DNA of 64,000 nt from Nitrospirota bacterium (GTDB lineage Bacteria; Nitrospirota; Nitrospiria; 2-01-FULL-66-17). The translations under genes and the position numbers were made by a program. Of the stretch, positions 29,506-38,661 are shown one piece after another. The first letter of the stretch is position 1; each line of letters begins with the position of its first letter. Location: assembly GCA_040757335.1 (NCBI GenBank), contig JBFLXB010000017.1, positions 4,472-68,471 on the forward strand, in the 5' to 3' direction. The notes beneath the pieces are model-generated. The model had not been told where the DNA came from and searched no databases. It saw only the letters and a program-made list of their open reading frames with translations.

Positions 29506-30588
29506 TTACGAGCGGTGGGCGCGGGGAGCCTGAGGAACGGGCGGCCCCAGCCGCTGCTCGAAGTAGGCGTCGCGCTCCCTGACCTGCGAGAAGATCTGGA
29601 TCATCTTGTCCTTCTGCAGGATTTTTTGAAGCACGGCGCGCAGGATGTCCTCCTGCTCTCGAACCAGCGCCACGTTCTCGGGCCGAGTGATGTCGAAGTA
29701 GGTCATGTCCCCGTGTGTGATGCGCGCTTTCAGATCAATCAACGCGATCACGGTGCGCGTGATGGTCTCGCGCTCTTCCGGCGTGTTTCCCAGAAAATCG
29801 GCGACGCGGTCGGTCATGCCGCGGCTGATTCGGCCACGGAGGGGCTTGAACAACACTTCGAGCGCGATCGCGAAGTAAATCAGGCGCGAGTCCAGATTCT
29901 CGCTGCGGTATCCCAAATCGAAGAAGCGCAGCGCGTTGAAGATGCGCCGGTGGTGATACTCGCGTTTGAGCAACTCCAGGAGCTTGGCGTAGTAGTACAC
30001 GATGGTCGGGATGTCGTCATCGGTGAAGACGGGTAGGTCGTCGGTCCGCCGCAGTGCAAATCCTTGCATCCGGTAGTCCACGAAGTCGAAGGGCATCCCG
30101 AGCTCGAGGGTGGCCGGAACGTGGAAGATCGTCCGCAGCCCCGCGTTGGTGGGCTTGATGATTCGCAGCACGATCAGCAGCGTGATCGCCGGATCCTCCA
30201 GGTTGTAGACCATTTCCCGCGAGGTTTTGAAGGGATCGATGGGCCATGCGATTTTGAGGCAGTAGTTGCCTTGGACCTCGCGAAGCAACAGGTCGCCGTA
30301 GCGCCGGCGAAAGGTGCCGTGGTCGAACTCCCGATAGGCCTCGGCCAGTGACGACGGAAAATGCGCGAGCCCGAAGCCCTGGCCGAGTTCGTACTCTTTC
30401 GCCCAGTTGTGTTTGAGCGCGACGAGCGGGATGTAAAACGTGTCGGCCATATGGGGCGCTATGCGCCTGAGGGATACGCCCCCGACACTGTACCAGAAAC
30501 CCGGGCCGAAACTCAAAGCCGCCTCGACACGGGCCATGGCCTCGTTTACAGATCGTGAATCGTGGGCGGGAGAGCGGGATCGATCCAT
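29506..30588 (-). CDS. hypothetical protein with HEPN-like C-terminal helical domain (possible Abi/defence-type RNase)
   Basis: 360-aa ORF, roughly 58-60% GC by eye against ~65% around it. The C-terminus has RIFNALRFFDLGYRSENLDSRLIYFAIALEVLF followed 40 aa later by ALIDLKARITHGD. This resembles the A..alE.lf / (Y)DLRSKIVHG helices of Apea/AbiU2-type HEPN proteins, but with K at the canonical R position. Start is uncertain (30588, 30537 or 30450). Confidence 0.5.
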   Translation of the reverse strand: MDRSRSPAHDSRSVNEAMARVEAALSFGPGFWYSVGGVSLRRIAPHMADTFYIPLVALKHNWAKEYELGQGFGLAHFPSSLAEAYREFDHGTFRRRYGDLLLREVQGNYCLKIAWPIDPFKTSREMVYNLEDPAITLLIVLRIIKPTNAGLRTIFHVPATLELGMPFDFVDYRMQGFALRRTDDLPVFTDDDIPTIVYYYAKLLELLKREYHHRRIFNALRFFDLGYRSENLDSRLIYFAIALEVLFKPLRGRISRGMTDRVADFLGNTPEERETITRTVIALIDLKARITHGDMTYFDITRPENVALVREQEDILRAVLQKILQKDKMIQIFSQVRERDAYFEQRLGPPVPQAPRAHRS

Positions 30589-30629
30589 CGGGCGGGAGGC
30601 AGCAACCCGCGCGGGCCGACGGTCACCTG

Positions 30630-30833
30630 CTAGATGAGCCGGAATCGGGGTGACGCGGGAACCCGCAGGCGGGCCACGACCTGCCCCAGAAAGATCGCGC
30701 CAATGTCGTACGGCGATCGGCCGTAGCGCAGTCGTGCCTTCCTCAGGAGGTCCAAATAGTTGCGGCCGCGTTCGCGACGGCGCCGCTCAATCACGCGGCC
30801 GATGGCCCGCACGGCTCCGGACCGATAGTCCAT
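30630..30833 (-). CDS. possible small basic protein (67 aa) upstream of the HEPN-like gene
   Basis: Inner part of ORF 30630..30986, from ATG 30831-30833: MDYRSGAVRAIGRVIERRRRERGRNYLDLLRKARLRYGRSPYDIGAIFLGQVV... It lies downstream of the putative TATAAT promoter at 30888. The coding status is uncertain in this GC-rich background. Confidence 0.3.
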   Translation of the reverse strand: MDYRSGAVRAIGRVIERRRRERGRNYLDLLRKARLRYGRSPYDIGAIFLGQVVARLRVPASPRFRLI

Positions 30834-30887
30834 GTGCAGCACTTCGCGTTCCACCGGCCCGTTTGGCCTGTCGGTTGACACGTTCTT

Positions 30888-30916
30888 ATTATAAATGAGA
30901 CCTCCGGGGCTGCGAA
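30888..30916 (-). promoter_or_regulatory. putative promoter of the 30833-29506 cassette (TTCGCA-N17-TATAAT) in an AT-rich island
   Basis: The minus strand reads TTCGCAgccccggaggtctcattTATAAT. The -10 is a perfect consensus and lies in the only AT-rich patch of the region (cgttcttattataaatgaga). Confidence 0.3.
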
Positions 30917-30975
30917 AGCCCCTGCGGCCGAGGTCCGCCGGCTGTGGTATGATCGCCGGAGCCGACGAGGCGTTG

Positions 30976-32043
30976 ATGGACTTCAAAGACTACTATAAAG
31001 TGCTGGGCGTTGATCGCGGAGCCTCCCCGGACGCGATCAAGGCGGCGTATCGCAAGCTGGCTCGAAAATACCACCCGGATATGAATCCGGGCGATAAGAA
31101 GGCCGAGGAGCGCTTCAAGGAGGTCAACGAAGCCAACGAAGTGCTGGGAGATCCGGAAAAGCGGAAAAAGTACGATGAGCTGGGCTCGAACTGGGAACAG
31201 ATTCTTCGCGAGCAAGAGTTTGCCCGCCAGCATGGTCCCTCGGGGTTTCGTGGCTTCGAAGGGTTTGGAGAGGCCGAGGCCGGCGGGGATTTCAGTGACT
31301 TCTTCCGGGCGTTTTTCGGCGGCCGTCCGTTCGAGCGGGAAGGATTCGGTCGGGAACGCGGCGCGGCCAAGCAAGGGGAGGATACGCAGACCGATTTTCC
31401 GCTCACGCTGGAGGAGCTGGTGGCGGGTGGTAAACGCAGCGTGCGGCTCTCGGTGGGCGAGCTGTGCGCCACGTGCGGCGGGGCGGGGCACGTCACCAGC
31501 GCGGCCTCGGGGGCCGGACGCCGGCGCACGATCGCCACGGTCTGCCCGACGTGTCGCGGTGAAGGACAGGTCACGCGATCTCAAACCATCGAGGTGACGA
31601 TTCCCAAAGGCCTCAAGGACGGCTCCCAGATCCGTCTGGCAGGGCTGGGTGGCCGAGGCGTCCAAGGCGGGAGGCCCGGCGATCTGTATTTGCGCGTGCG
31701 TCTGCAACCGCACCGGATCTTCCGAGCCGAGGGGTACGATCTGTCCGGTGGACTTCCGGTCTGGGACGACGAAGCCGTGTTGGGCGCTGAGATTCCGGTG
31801 CCGACCCCGACCGGCAGCGTGGTCCTTCGCGTGCCGGCCAATTCACAAAACGGGCGTAAACTCCGTCTCAAGGGGAAAGGCCTCCCAAAACCATCCGGGG
31901 AAGGCGCCGGGGATCTGTATTGGGAAATCCAGGTCGTCACGCCCGACGATGCGGCGCCCAAAGAGCGGGACCTCTATGACGCGTTGCGACGGTTGCGGGT
32001 GGAGCGCGGTGAACGCGACCGCATCCGCCGTCACCTCAAGTAG
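30976..32043 (+). CDS. J-domain chaperone (DnaJ-class, only two CxxCxG motifs)
   Basis: ORF 30895..32043. Start at ATG 30976 (MDFKDYYKVLGVDRGASPDAIKAAYRKLARKYHPDMNPGD). Has a G/F-rich linker, CATCGGAGH and CPTCRGEGQ, and a DnaJ C-terminal domain (GDLYLRVRLQPH). Confidence 0.88.
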   Translation: MDFKDYYKVLGVDRGASPDAIKAAYRKLARKYHPDMNPGDKKAEERFKEVNEANEVLGDPEKRKKYDELGSNWEQILREQEFARQHGPSGFRGFEGFGEAEAGGDFSDFFRAFFGGRPFEREGFGRERGAAKQGEDTQTDFPLTLEELVAGGKRSVRLSVGELCATCGGAGHVTSAASGAGRRRTIATVCPTCRGEGQVTRSQTIEVTIPKGLKDGSQIRLAGLGGRGVQGGRPGDLYLRVRLQPHRIFRAEGYDLSGGLPVWDDEAVLGAEIPVPTPTGSVVLRVPANSQNGRKLRLKGKGLPKPSGEGAGDLYWEIQVVTPDDAAPKERDLYDALRRLRVERGERDRIRRHLK

Positions 32044-32049
32044 CCGCGC

Positions 32050-33237
32050 GTGACGGTCGCGGTTGCGCTGGTCTTGCTCGTCGCGCACGCCCTCCACCTT
32101 TTAATACACTACCGCCGCTGCGCCGACGGGTACGTTCGGGTCGGCCCCACGTCTCCCACCGGAAGACCAGCCGTGTCGGTCATCATCCCGGCTCGCAATG
32201 AAGCCCGAGGCTTGGGCGCGACGATCGAGTCATTGCTCCTCCAGCAAGGGGTTGATCTCGAGGTGCTGATCGTTGACGATCACTCGGTCGACGAAACCGC
32301 GGCCATTGCGCGGCGCTACGCGACCACAGATCCCCGGATACGGGTTCTTGACGCGCCGACGCTGCCTGACGGCTGGTGCGGCAAGCCGCACGCCCAGGCC
32401 CACGGAGCGGCCCAGGCCAGGCACTCGTTGCTGCTCTTTGCCGACGCCGACGTCCGCTTCGCGCCAGCGGCCGTGGCGTCGGCCGTGGCCGCGCTGGAGC
32501 ACCGTGGGCTCGACCTGATCACACTGCTTCCGGCGGCGGAGTTGCAGAGCTTCTGGGAGCGCGCGGTGCAGCCGGTCATGGCCTCGATCATCTTCTACAG
32601 CGTGAGTTTTGCGAAGGTCAACGATCCCACCGACCCTCAGAGCGTGGGCGTTGGCGCGTTCTTGCTGGTGCGCCGTTCGACCTACGACGCGGCGGGCGGG
32701 CACGCGGCGATTCGCGATCGGATCGTTGACGATTACGCGCTCGCCCAGAGCATCAAACGCGCGGGCGGCCGCCTCTGGCTCGCCGATGGTCGAGACCTCA
32801 TTTCCATCCGCATGTACCATTCGTTGCGCGAGATCTGGCGCGGGTGGTCGAAGAACCTGTACGAAGGGTTGCGGCTGCCCGTCTGGGTTCCTATCGGGAA
32901 GCGGGATCACTATTTGTTGCAAGACCGTCCCCTCGTTGTGCTCGCACTCTTGTTGGGCTACCTCGTGACGACTTTTGTCCTGCCCGTGATCGTTCCATTC
33001 TGGGTGACGATCAAGAACGCCAATCCCGTCATGATCGCAGCGGCCTGGGGGCTTTTCACGGCTTTCCTGACGGGATGGGCCTTGCTGTGTCATCGGGTTG
33101 GGATCGGACGCGGGTGGGCGCTCGCCATCCCGGTCGGCGCCCTGGTCGTAGCAGGGATCGCCATCAACAGCACGTGGCACGCGCGCGCCCGCGGCGGTCT
33201 CGTGTGGCGGGGCCGACAGTACCGCGTCTCGCCATAA
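32050..33237 (+). CDS. family 2 glycosyltransferase with C-terminal transmembrane region
   Basis: 395 aa, GTG start, containing [41 protein letters not shown] and several TM helices at the C-terminus. Confidence 0.8.
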   Translation: MTVAVALVLLVAHALHLLIHYRRCADGYVRVGPTSPTGRPAVSVIIPARNEARGLGATIESLLLQQGVDLEVLIVDDHSVDETAAIARRYATTDPRIRVLDAPTLPDGWCGKPHAQAHGAAQARHSLLLFADADVRFAPAAVASAVAALEHRGLDLITLLPAAELQSFWERAVQPVMASIIFYSVSFAKVNDPTDPQSVGVGAFLLVRRSTYDAAGGHAAIRDRIVDDYALAQSIKRAGGRLWLADGRDLISIRMYHSLREIWRGWSKNLYEGLRLPVWVPIGKRDHYLLQDRPLVVLALLLGYLVTTFVLPVIVPFWVTIKNANPVMIAAAWGLFTAFLTGWALLCHRVGIGRGWALAIPVGALVVAGIAINSTWHARARGGLVWRGRQYRVSP

Positions 33238-33286
33238 AGTCTCCGGGGAAGTCCCCCGCCGGCCAGTCCATCGACGGCTCGTCACC

Positions 33287-33315
33287 TTGCGGCCGTGTAG
33301 GCGCTTCCGTATACT
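33287..33315 (+). promoter_or_regulatory. putative promoter TTGCGG-N17-TATACT ending 8 nt before the ABC-F start codon (possible leaderless mRNA)
   Basis: -35 at 33287-33292 and -10 at 33310-33315, with the ATG at 33324. There is no Shine-Dalgarno sequence in between. Confidence 0.3.
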
Positions 33316-33323
33316 GCTACCGC

Positions 33324-35312
33324 ATGTTGACCCTTCACGATATTCGGAAAGCCTACGGCAGCCGCGTGCTCTTCGACGGTGCCACGCTGCAGGTGGGGGC
33401 CCGCGAGCGGGTCGCGCTGGTCGGCCCCAACGGCGCGGGCAAAACCACGCTGTTTGAAATGATCGCCGGCCGGCTGGCCCCGGACAGCGGACAAGTGCAG
33501 GTGCAGCGGGGCGTGGTGATCGGATACCTGCCGCAGGAGATCATCGAGCTCAAAGGCAAAACGATCCTCCAGGAAGTCCTGTCCGCGGCCGCAGGCGCCA
33601 CCAGTGTCCAGCATCGGATGGGCGTGCTCCAGCAGGAGATGGCGCAGGCGTCGGGCGAGGAATTGGACAAGTTGCTGGCGGAATATGGGGAGCTGCAGCA
33701 CCGGTACGAGGCCCTGGGCGGGTACAACGTCGAGACGCAAGCGCGGGAAATTCTCGGCGGGCTGGGGTTTCGCCCGGAGGCGTTCGAACGACCGACGGAC
33801 CACCTCTCCGGCGGGTGGTTGATGCGGGTCGCTCTCGCCAAGCTCCTGCTCCAGAATCCCGACCTGCTGTTGTTGGACGAGCCGACCAACCACCTGGACC
33901 TCGAATCCGTGATTTGGCTGGAAGGGTTTCTGACCGCCTACGCCGGATCCGTGGTGCTGATCTCACACGACCGGGAATTCATGAATCGGCTCGTCTCGCG
34001 CGTCGTCGAAGTCGATCAGGGCCAGCTCATCTCGTATCCCGGCACCTACGACGAATACGTCCAGGCCCGCGCAGCGGCCAGAGAGATCTTAATGGCCTCG
34101 TACGCCAACCAGCAGAAACGTATCCAGGAGGTCCAGCAATTCATCGAACGGTTTCGCTACAAAGCCACCAAGGCTCGTCAGGTCCAAAGTCGGGTGAAGA
34201 TGCTGGACAAGATGGGCCGCATCAAGATCCCCCCGGAACGAAAGAAGATTCGATTCGGCTTTCCGCAACCGCCGCGAAGCGGCCGAGAAGTGGCCTCGCT
34301 CGACGGCATCCGCAAAGCGTATCCGGGACGCGTGATCTACGAGCGGTTGGATCTGATCATCACGCGCGGGCAGCGGGTCGCGCTGGTGGGGCCCAACGGG
34401 GCGGGAAAGTCCACGTTGCTGAAGATGCTGGCCGGTGTCCTCACTCCCGACGCCGGAACCGTCACATACGGCCAGAACGTCACCGTGGCCTATTATGCCC
34501 AGCATCAGCTCGAATCGCTCGACCCGAAAGCCACGGTGCTGGAAGAAATGATTTCGGCGGCGCCGGACCAAGAGCAGCCGTTTCTGCGCGGAATTTTGGG
34601 CGCGTTCCTGTTTTCCGGCGACGAGGTGAAAAAACGCGTGGCGGTCCTCTCCGGCGGAGAGAAGAGTCGGCTCGCGCTGGCCAAGATGCTGGTGCGTCCG
34701 GCGAATTTCTTATTGCTCGACGAGCCGACCAATCACCTCGACATTCCTTCCCGGGACGTGTTGGAATCCGCCCTGTTGGAATACACCGGGACGATTTGCT
34801 TCATCACGCACGACCGCCATTTCATCCAGTCCGTGGCCAATACCATCTTGGACGTGCGCGACGGGACCGCGATTGTCTATCCCGATGGCTACGACTATTA
34901 TCTGGACAAGAAAGCCCGTCAGGCCGCGGAGGTGGAGAACCTGAACGGTCACGCCGCCGCGCCGCCTCCGGAACCGGAGGTCATGCGTGCGCAGCCCGAA
35001 CGCGCTGGGTTCAAGTCGAAGGAACAACGACGGATTGAGGCCGAAGAGCGGGCGCGCTTGGCCTCGAAAACCAAGCCGCTCAAGACGCGTCTGGACGCGG
35101 TCGAACGTGAGCTGGCCGACAAGGGGAAGGAGCTCGAACGCCTGACGGCTCTGCTGGCGGATCCAACCACCTACGAAGACAAGCCCACATTCTTCGCCAC
35201 GATGGACGAACATGCGCGCCTGCAAAAGGCCGTGGACGAGTTGACGGCGGAATGGGGCGAGCTGCAGGAGCGATACGAAACGTTGATCAACGCCGGCGAC
35301 GGCGCTTCGTGA
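33324..35312 (+). CDS. ABC-F family ATPase (two ABC domains, translation-factor type)
   Basis: Inner part of ORF 32844..35312, from ATG 33324 ([17 protein letters not shown]). Has two Walker A motifs ([18 protein letters not shown]), two LSGG signatures and a coiled-coil C-terminus. Confidence 0.9.
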   Translation: MLTLHDIRKAYGSRVLFDGATLQVGARERVALVGPNGAGKTTLFEMIAGRLAPDSGQVQVQRGVVIGYLPQEIIELKGKTILQEVLSAAAGATSVQHRMGVLQQEMAQASGEELDKLLAEYGELQHRYEALGGYNVETQAREILGGLGFRPEAFERPTDHLSGGWLMRVALAKLLLQNPDLLLLDEPTNHLDLESVIWLEGFLTAYAGSVVLISHDREFMNRLVSRVVEVDQGQLISYPGTYDEYVQARAAAREILMASYANQQKRIQEVQQFIERFRYKATKARQVQSRVKMLDKMGRIKIPPERKKIRFGFPQPPRSGREVASLDGIRKAYPGRVIYERLDLIITRGQRVALVGPNGAGKSTLLKMLAGVLTPDAGTVTYGQNVTVAYYAQHQLESLDPKATVLEEMISAAPDQEQPFLRGILGAFLFSGDEVKKRVAVLSGGEKSRLALAKMLVRPANFLLLDEPTNHLDIPSRDVLESALLEYTGTICFITHDRHFIQSVANTILDVRDGTAIVYPDGYDYYLDKKARQAAEVENLNGHAAAPPPEPEVMRAQPERAGFKSKEQRRIEAEERARLASKTKPLKTRLDAVERELADKGKELERLTALLADPTTYEDKPTFFATMDEHARLQKAVDELTAEWGELQERYETLINAGDGAS

Positions 35313-35326
35313 GGAGACGCCCGGCC

Positions 35327-35734
35327 TTATGCCACGACCCGTTCGAGCAGGACGATCTCTTCGCCGTCAGGGCCTTCGATCATGGCGGCGCGCTCGCCCG
35401 GGACGGGCTCGTACGGCGATTTGGTGATCCGCACCTGCAGCGCGGCGAGGCGCGTGACCTCGGCGTCCAGATCGCGGACGTAGAATCCCAGCGCGAGCGG
35501 GCCTACCCCGTTGGCGTTCCACCCCGCGGCCAGGCTTTGGCCGGGCTTCGCGCTGTACAATTCTATGCGGCAGTCGCCGCAGGCGAGCCAGACGATATCG
35601 CGGCCTTTGGCCGTGCGTTCGGTCTTGATGACCGAACATCCCAGGGCGGTTTCGTAGAACCGCCTGGCCCGGCCGAGATCCGCGGTCTGCACCGCTACGT
35701 GATGGAGCCGGGCGCCGGGAGCAGGTTCTGTCAT
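35327..35734 (-). CDS. VOC/glyoxalase-family protein
   Basis: C-terminal 135 aa of ORF 35327..36310, from ATG 35732-35734: ARLHHVAVQTADLGRARRFYETALG..IEGPDGEEIVLLE. Confidence 0.75.
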   Translation of the reverse strand: MTEPAPGARLHHVAVQTADLGRARRFYETALGCSVIKTERTAKGRDIVWLACGDCRIELYSAKPGQSLAAGWNANGVGPLALGFYVRDLDAEVTRLAALQVRITKSPYEPVPGERAAMIEGPDGEEIVLLERVVA

Positions 35735-35806
35735 GCGGGCAGTATAGCAAAGTCCGCTCGGCCCAGGCCCACTCGCGGGGCGTGACGTGGTGAGAGGAGA
35801 GTCTCT

Positions 35807-36340
35807 ATGCGGGGACTGGTCAGACTCATCGTGTGGCTGGCGGGGCTGGCGGTCGTTGTGCTGATCGCGTCGAAGTTCCTGTTCGAACCCACGTATACGG
35901 TTTCCTCCCAAGTGGTGATCCAGGCGCCGCCGGGTCGCGTGTGGGACAAAGTCGGGACCTTTGAGCAGTGGCCCTCCTGGATCAAAGGCATCGAACGTTT
36001 TGAGATCACTCTGGGCGAAGGGCGGGAGACGGGCAGCGTGGCGAACGCCCACGTCTATAACGGGTTTGGGGGATGGGATCTGGAGATTCGATTGACCGAG
36101 GTGGTCCCCCCGATGCGCCTGCGTTACCAGTTGCTGGGAGGACCCCAGAGCGGCGCGCAGTCGCTGATCGAGCTGAAACCCTCCGAGGACGTACGCGCAA
36201 CGACCGTGACGTGGAACGAATCGCACACTCCGGGCGGCGTGTGGGGCAACCTGCTCGCCGCGGTCATGAAGTCGGTCGTCACCACCCATCACGACGAGAG
36301 CCTGAATCAACTCAAATTCGCGCTCGAACGCGGGATCTGA
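35807..36340 (+). CDS. SRPBCC (START/polyketide-cyclase-like) protein with N-terminal TM anchor
   Basis: 177 aa containing VVIQAPPGRVWDKVGTFEQWPSWIKGIERFE. Confidence 0.65.
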   Translation: MRGLVRLIVWLAGLAVVVLIASKFLFEPTYTVSSQVVIQAPPGRVWDKVGTFEQWPSWIKGIERFEITLGEGRETGSVANAHVYNGFGGWDLEIRLTEVVPPMRLRYQLLGGPQSGAQSLIELKPSEDVRATTVTWNESHTPGGVWGNLLAAVMKSVVTTHHDESLNQLKFALERGI

Positions 36341-36345
36341 CGCCG

Positions 36346-36960
36346 GTGACCGACCGCGAGCTGCAAGCGGCGCGCAGGCATCTCAAGAGGGCGGATCGGG
36401 TGTTGCGCCGCGTCATCGAGCAGGTCGGCGTGTATCAGATCCGGTATCGCGACGACCGCTTCGTCGCCTTGGTCGAAGCCATTATCGCCCAACAAGTCTC
36501 GGTCAGCGCCGCGCGCGCTGTCTTCAGACGGCTCCGTGATCAATATCCCGAAGGTCTCTCCCCCCGGCGGTTGATGACCACCACGCCGGAATCACTCCGC
36601 GCGGTCGGGTTATCGCGCCAGAAGACGGAGTATTTGCTCGGGCTCGCCCGCCGCGTCGCAGACGGCACGGTGACCTTGGCGAGCATCGACCGGCTGGACG
36701 ACGAACAGGTGCTCAAGGCGCTGACTCAGATCAAGGGTATCGGGCGCTGGACCGTGGAGATGTTCTTGATCTTCAGCCTGCGTCGCCCGGATGTCCTTCC
36801 CGTCCACGACTTGGGGTTTTGCAAAGCCGTGCAACGAGCCTACAGCCTGCGGCAGCCTCCTGACCCGAACAAAATCGAAGCCCTCGCGGTCCCGTGGCGC
36901 CCCTATCGGTCCGTGGCGACGTGTTACCTGTGGGCGAGTCTCGAACCAGACCCTTGGTAA
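36346..36960 (+). CDS. HhH-GPD DNA glycosylase (DNA-3-methyladenine glycosylase II / AlkA-like)
   Basis: In frame with ORF 36073..36960, from GTG 36346. Contains IIAQQVSVSAARAVFRRL, IKGIGRWTVEMFLIF and LPVHDLG. Confidence 0.8.
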   Translation: MTDRELQAARRHLKRADRVLRRVIEQVGVYQIRYRDDRFVALVEAIIAQQVSVSAARAVFRRLRDQYPEGLSPRRLMTTTPESLRAVGLSRQKTEYLLGLARRVADGTVTLASIDRLDDEQVLKALTQIKGIGRWTVEMFLIFSLRRPDVLPVHDLGFCKAVQRAYSLRQPPDPNKIEALAVPWRPYRSVATCYLWASLEPDPW

Positions 36961-36991
36961 CGTCCATCTAGGACCTTGGTTGTCCTGCGCG

Positions 36992-37501
36992 TTAGGGCCG
37001 TTGCTGATGCGCGCCAGCGGTGCTGCACGTGCGGCACTTGTGCAGCGCGCCCATCACGCCGGTGATGAGATCGGACAACAGTTCGCGGTCGTTCTCGTCC
37101 AGAAGATTCAGGTAGCCGTGGTTCCAGCCCGCCAAGTACACGTTCTTTAAGAAATAGAGCCCGGGCAGACGTCGTTCGTCGAATCCCTCGGACTCGGCAC
37201 GCCGATCAATCCAACGGACCACCGATGCGCGAGTGAGCACGCGATGGGAGTGCAAGGCTTCGTCGGCGTCTGTCACAATGCGGATGAAGACCGGGAATTG
37301 CTCGGGGTGTGCGTCGAGATGACGTAGAAAGAGGGCTTCCAGTCCCAGGACGTTGGCCCGGCGGTCGGCGACGGCTGTTTCCACGTAGGGAAGCGAGTTG
37401 CCGCACGCGGATGCTGCGACGAGTATCGCGATCAGGACGCCGGTCTGGATCGCATGTGAGAATAAAGGAGTAGCCATCGGACGGTTCTGACGCCGGACCA
37501 T
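36992..37501 (-). CDS. hypothetical lipoprotein
   Basis: 169 aa with signal peptide plus lipobox LVAASAC. No family recognised. It is the last gene of the CHASE2/FecR/barrel string. Confidence 0.5.
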   Translation of the reverse strand: MVRRQNRPMATPLFSHAIQTGVLIAILVAASACGNSLPYVETAVADRRANVLGLEALFLRHLDAHPEQFPVFIRIVTDADEALHSHRVLTRASVVRWIDRRAESEGFDERRLPGLYFLKNVYLAGWNHGYLNLLDENDRELLSDLITGVMGALHKCRTCSTAGAHQQRP

Positions 37502-37534
37502 AACACAACTTTCGAGTTTGGGAGAAGGCAGAGC

Positions 37535-38635
37535 CTAGAACGCGAGAGACAATCCGAGCGCGTAGACTTGCTCCCGGAACTCATCCCCGGGAACGTTGCT
37601 GGTCTTCCGGATGAATTGTGCTTGGGCGATCACAGACAGGTGCTCGATCAGCGACTTCCGGAGGGAGGCATCGGCCTGGAGAAAGCGTTCTCGGCGTTGG
37701 TCAGCAGCTCCCTGGCCGCCGCCCAGCCGTTCGGCGTACACCCGGGATCGGTAGCCGGCTCCGCCGCTCAACAGGAGCTCGAAGGGGAGACGTAACTCGC
37801 CGCGCGGTAGCACGTCGAATTGACGGTAGGTCAACTCGTCTTCGAACGTATCGTGCGTCCATCGCGCCTGCCCGTCCAGGGAAAGACGGCCCCACCGCGA
37901 GAGGCGAACGGCCACTTGCGACCGCGCGGTGTGCTGGACCAGGGTGAGCAGTGGGTTGGCCTCCGAAGTCGTGCTGTCGCGGAACGCGGCTCGGAGTTCG
38001 TCGTAGTGGAGTACGGTATACTCGTACCCCAACCCGAAGTCCACCCGACGCAGCCGGTGCATGCCGTCGAGATAGGCGAAGTATCCTTGATGGTCGAGTG
38101 ATTGAAAGGTTACCGCGACTTGGTCCGCGGTCTCGTTGATGTCCTTTTTCCGTAGTCCGGCGCCGACCGTCAGTCGCGATCGAGCGGCGAGCCACTGGGT
38201 ATAGCCGCGGACTTCTCCGCTGTAGGCGATGAACCGATCACGCGGCAGGGTATTGCCCTCGGTGTCGAGTAACTGCAGCTTGGCGTAGGAAAAGGTTTGG
38301 ACCACGCCGAATAGCAGCGACGGCGCGGCCGCGTACCGGTAGGCCAGCGCTGAATCGGCGAACAATTTGTCGGCCTCCCCGAATCGGAAATAGTGTTTGT
38401 ACAGACCCTGAAGGGACAACCCCAAACGGTGCGTGCGCGCCGAATCAGTCCCAAGTTCCGCGCTGAGACTGGTCTGAAGGAACGTGGAACTCTGTGGTTG
38501 TTGGCCGGATGCCGGGTTCGTGTCGCTCAGAAAGACGTTCGAGTCAACGCCGACGAGCGAAGACGCTGAGAACGATTTCGAGGCTGCATGGATCTGCGGG
38601 GTCCCGGTGAGCGTGGCGCTCAGCATGAGCGCCAC
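37535..38635 (-). CDS. putative outer-membrane beta-barrel protein
   Basis: 366 aa with alternating-hydrophobic strands throughout and the OMP-type C-terminus YALGLSLAF. GTG start, with a weak N-terminal signal (MALMLSATLTGTPQIHAAS). Confidence 0.55.
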   Translation of the reverse strand: MALMLSATLTGTPQIHAASKSFSASSLVGVDSNVFLSDTNPASGQQPQSSTFLQTSLSAELGTDSARTHRLGLSLQGLYKHYFRFGEADKLFADSALAYRYAAAPSLLFGVVQTFSYAKLQLLDTEGNTLPRDRFIAYSGEVRGYTQWLAARSRLTVGAGLRKKDINETADQVAVTFQSLDHQGYFAYLDGMHRLRRVDFGLGYEYTVLHYDELRAAFRDSTTSEANPLLTLVQHTARSQVAVRLSRWGRLSLDGQARWTHDTFEDELTYRQFDVLPRGELRLPFELLLSGGAGYRSRVYAERLGGGQGAADQRRERFLQADASLRKSLIEHLSVIAQAQFIRKTSNVPGDEFREQVYALGLSLAF

Positions 38636-38661
38636 GCTCCACCCGATTGCGCAGCGTGCGT

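Noticed and set aside
30895-30975. N-terminal extension of the J-domain ORF, and the 30834..30986 extension of the small minus-strand ORF
   Set aside because: Both extensions cross the divergent promoter region and overlap each other. The J domain starts exactly at ATG 30976, and the predicted minus-strand promoter lies downstream of 30986.
32844-33323. 160-codon N-terminal extension of the ABC-F ORF
   Set aside because: It overlaps the C-terminal TM region of the glycosyltransferase gene in another frame and has an R/P/G-rich composition. The conserved ABC-F N-terminus begins at ATG 33324.
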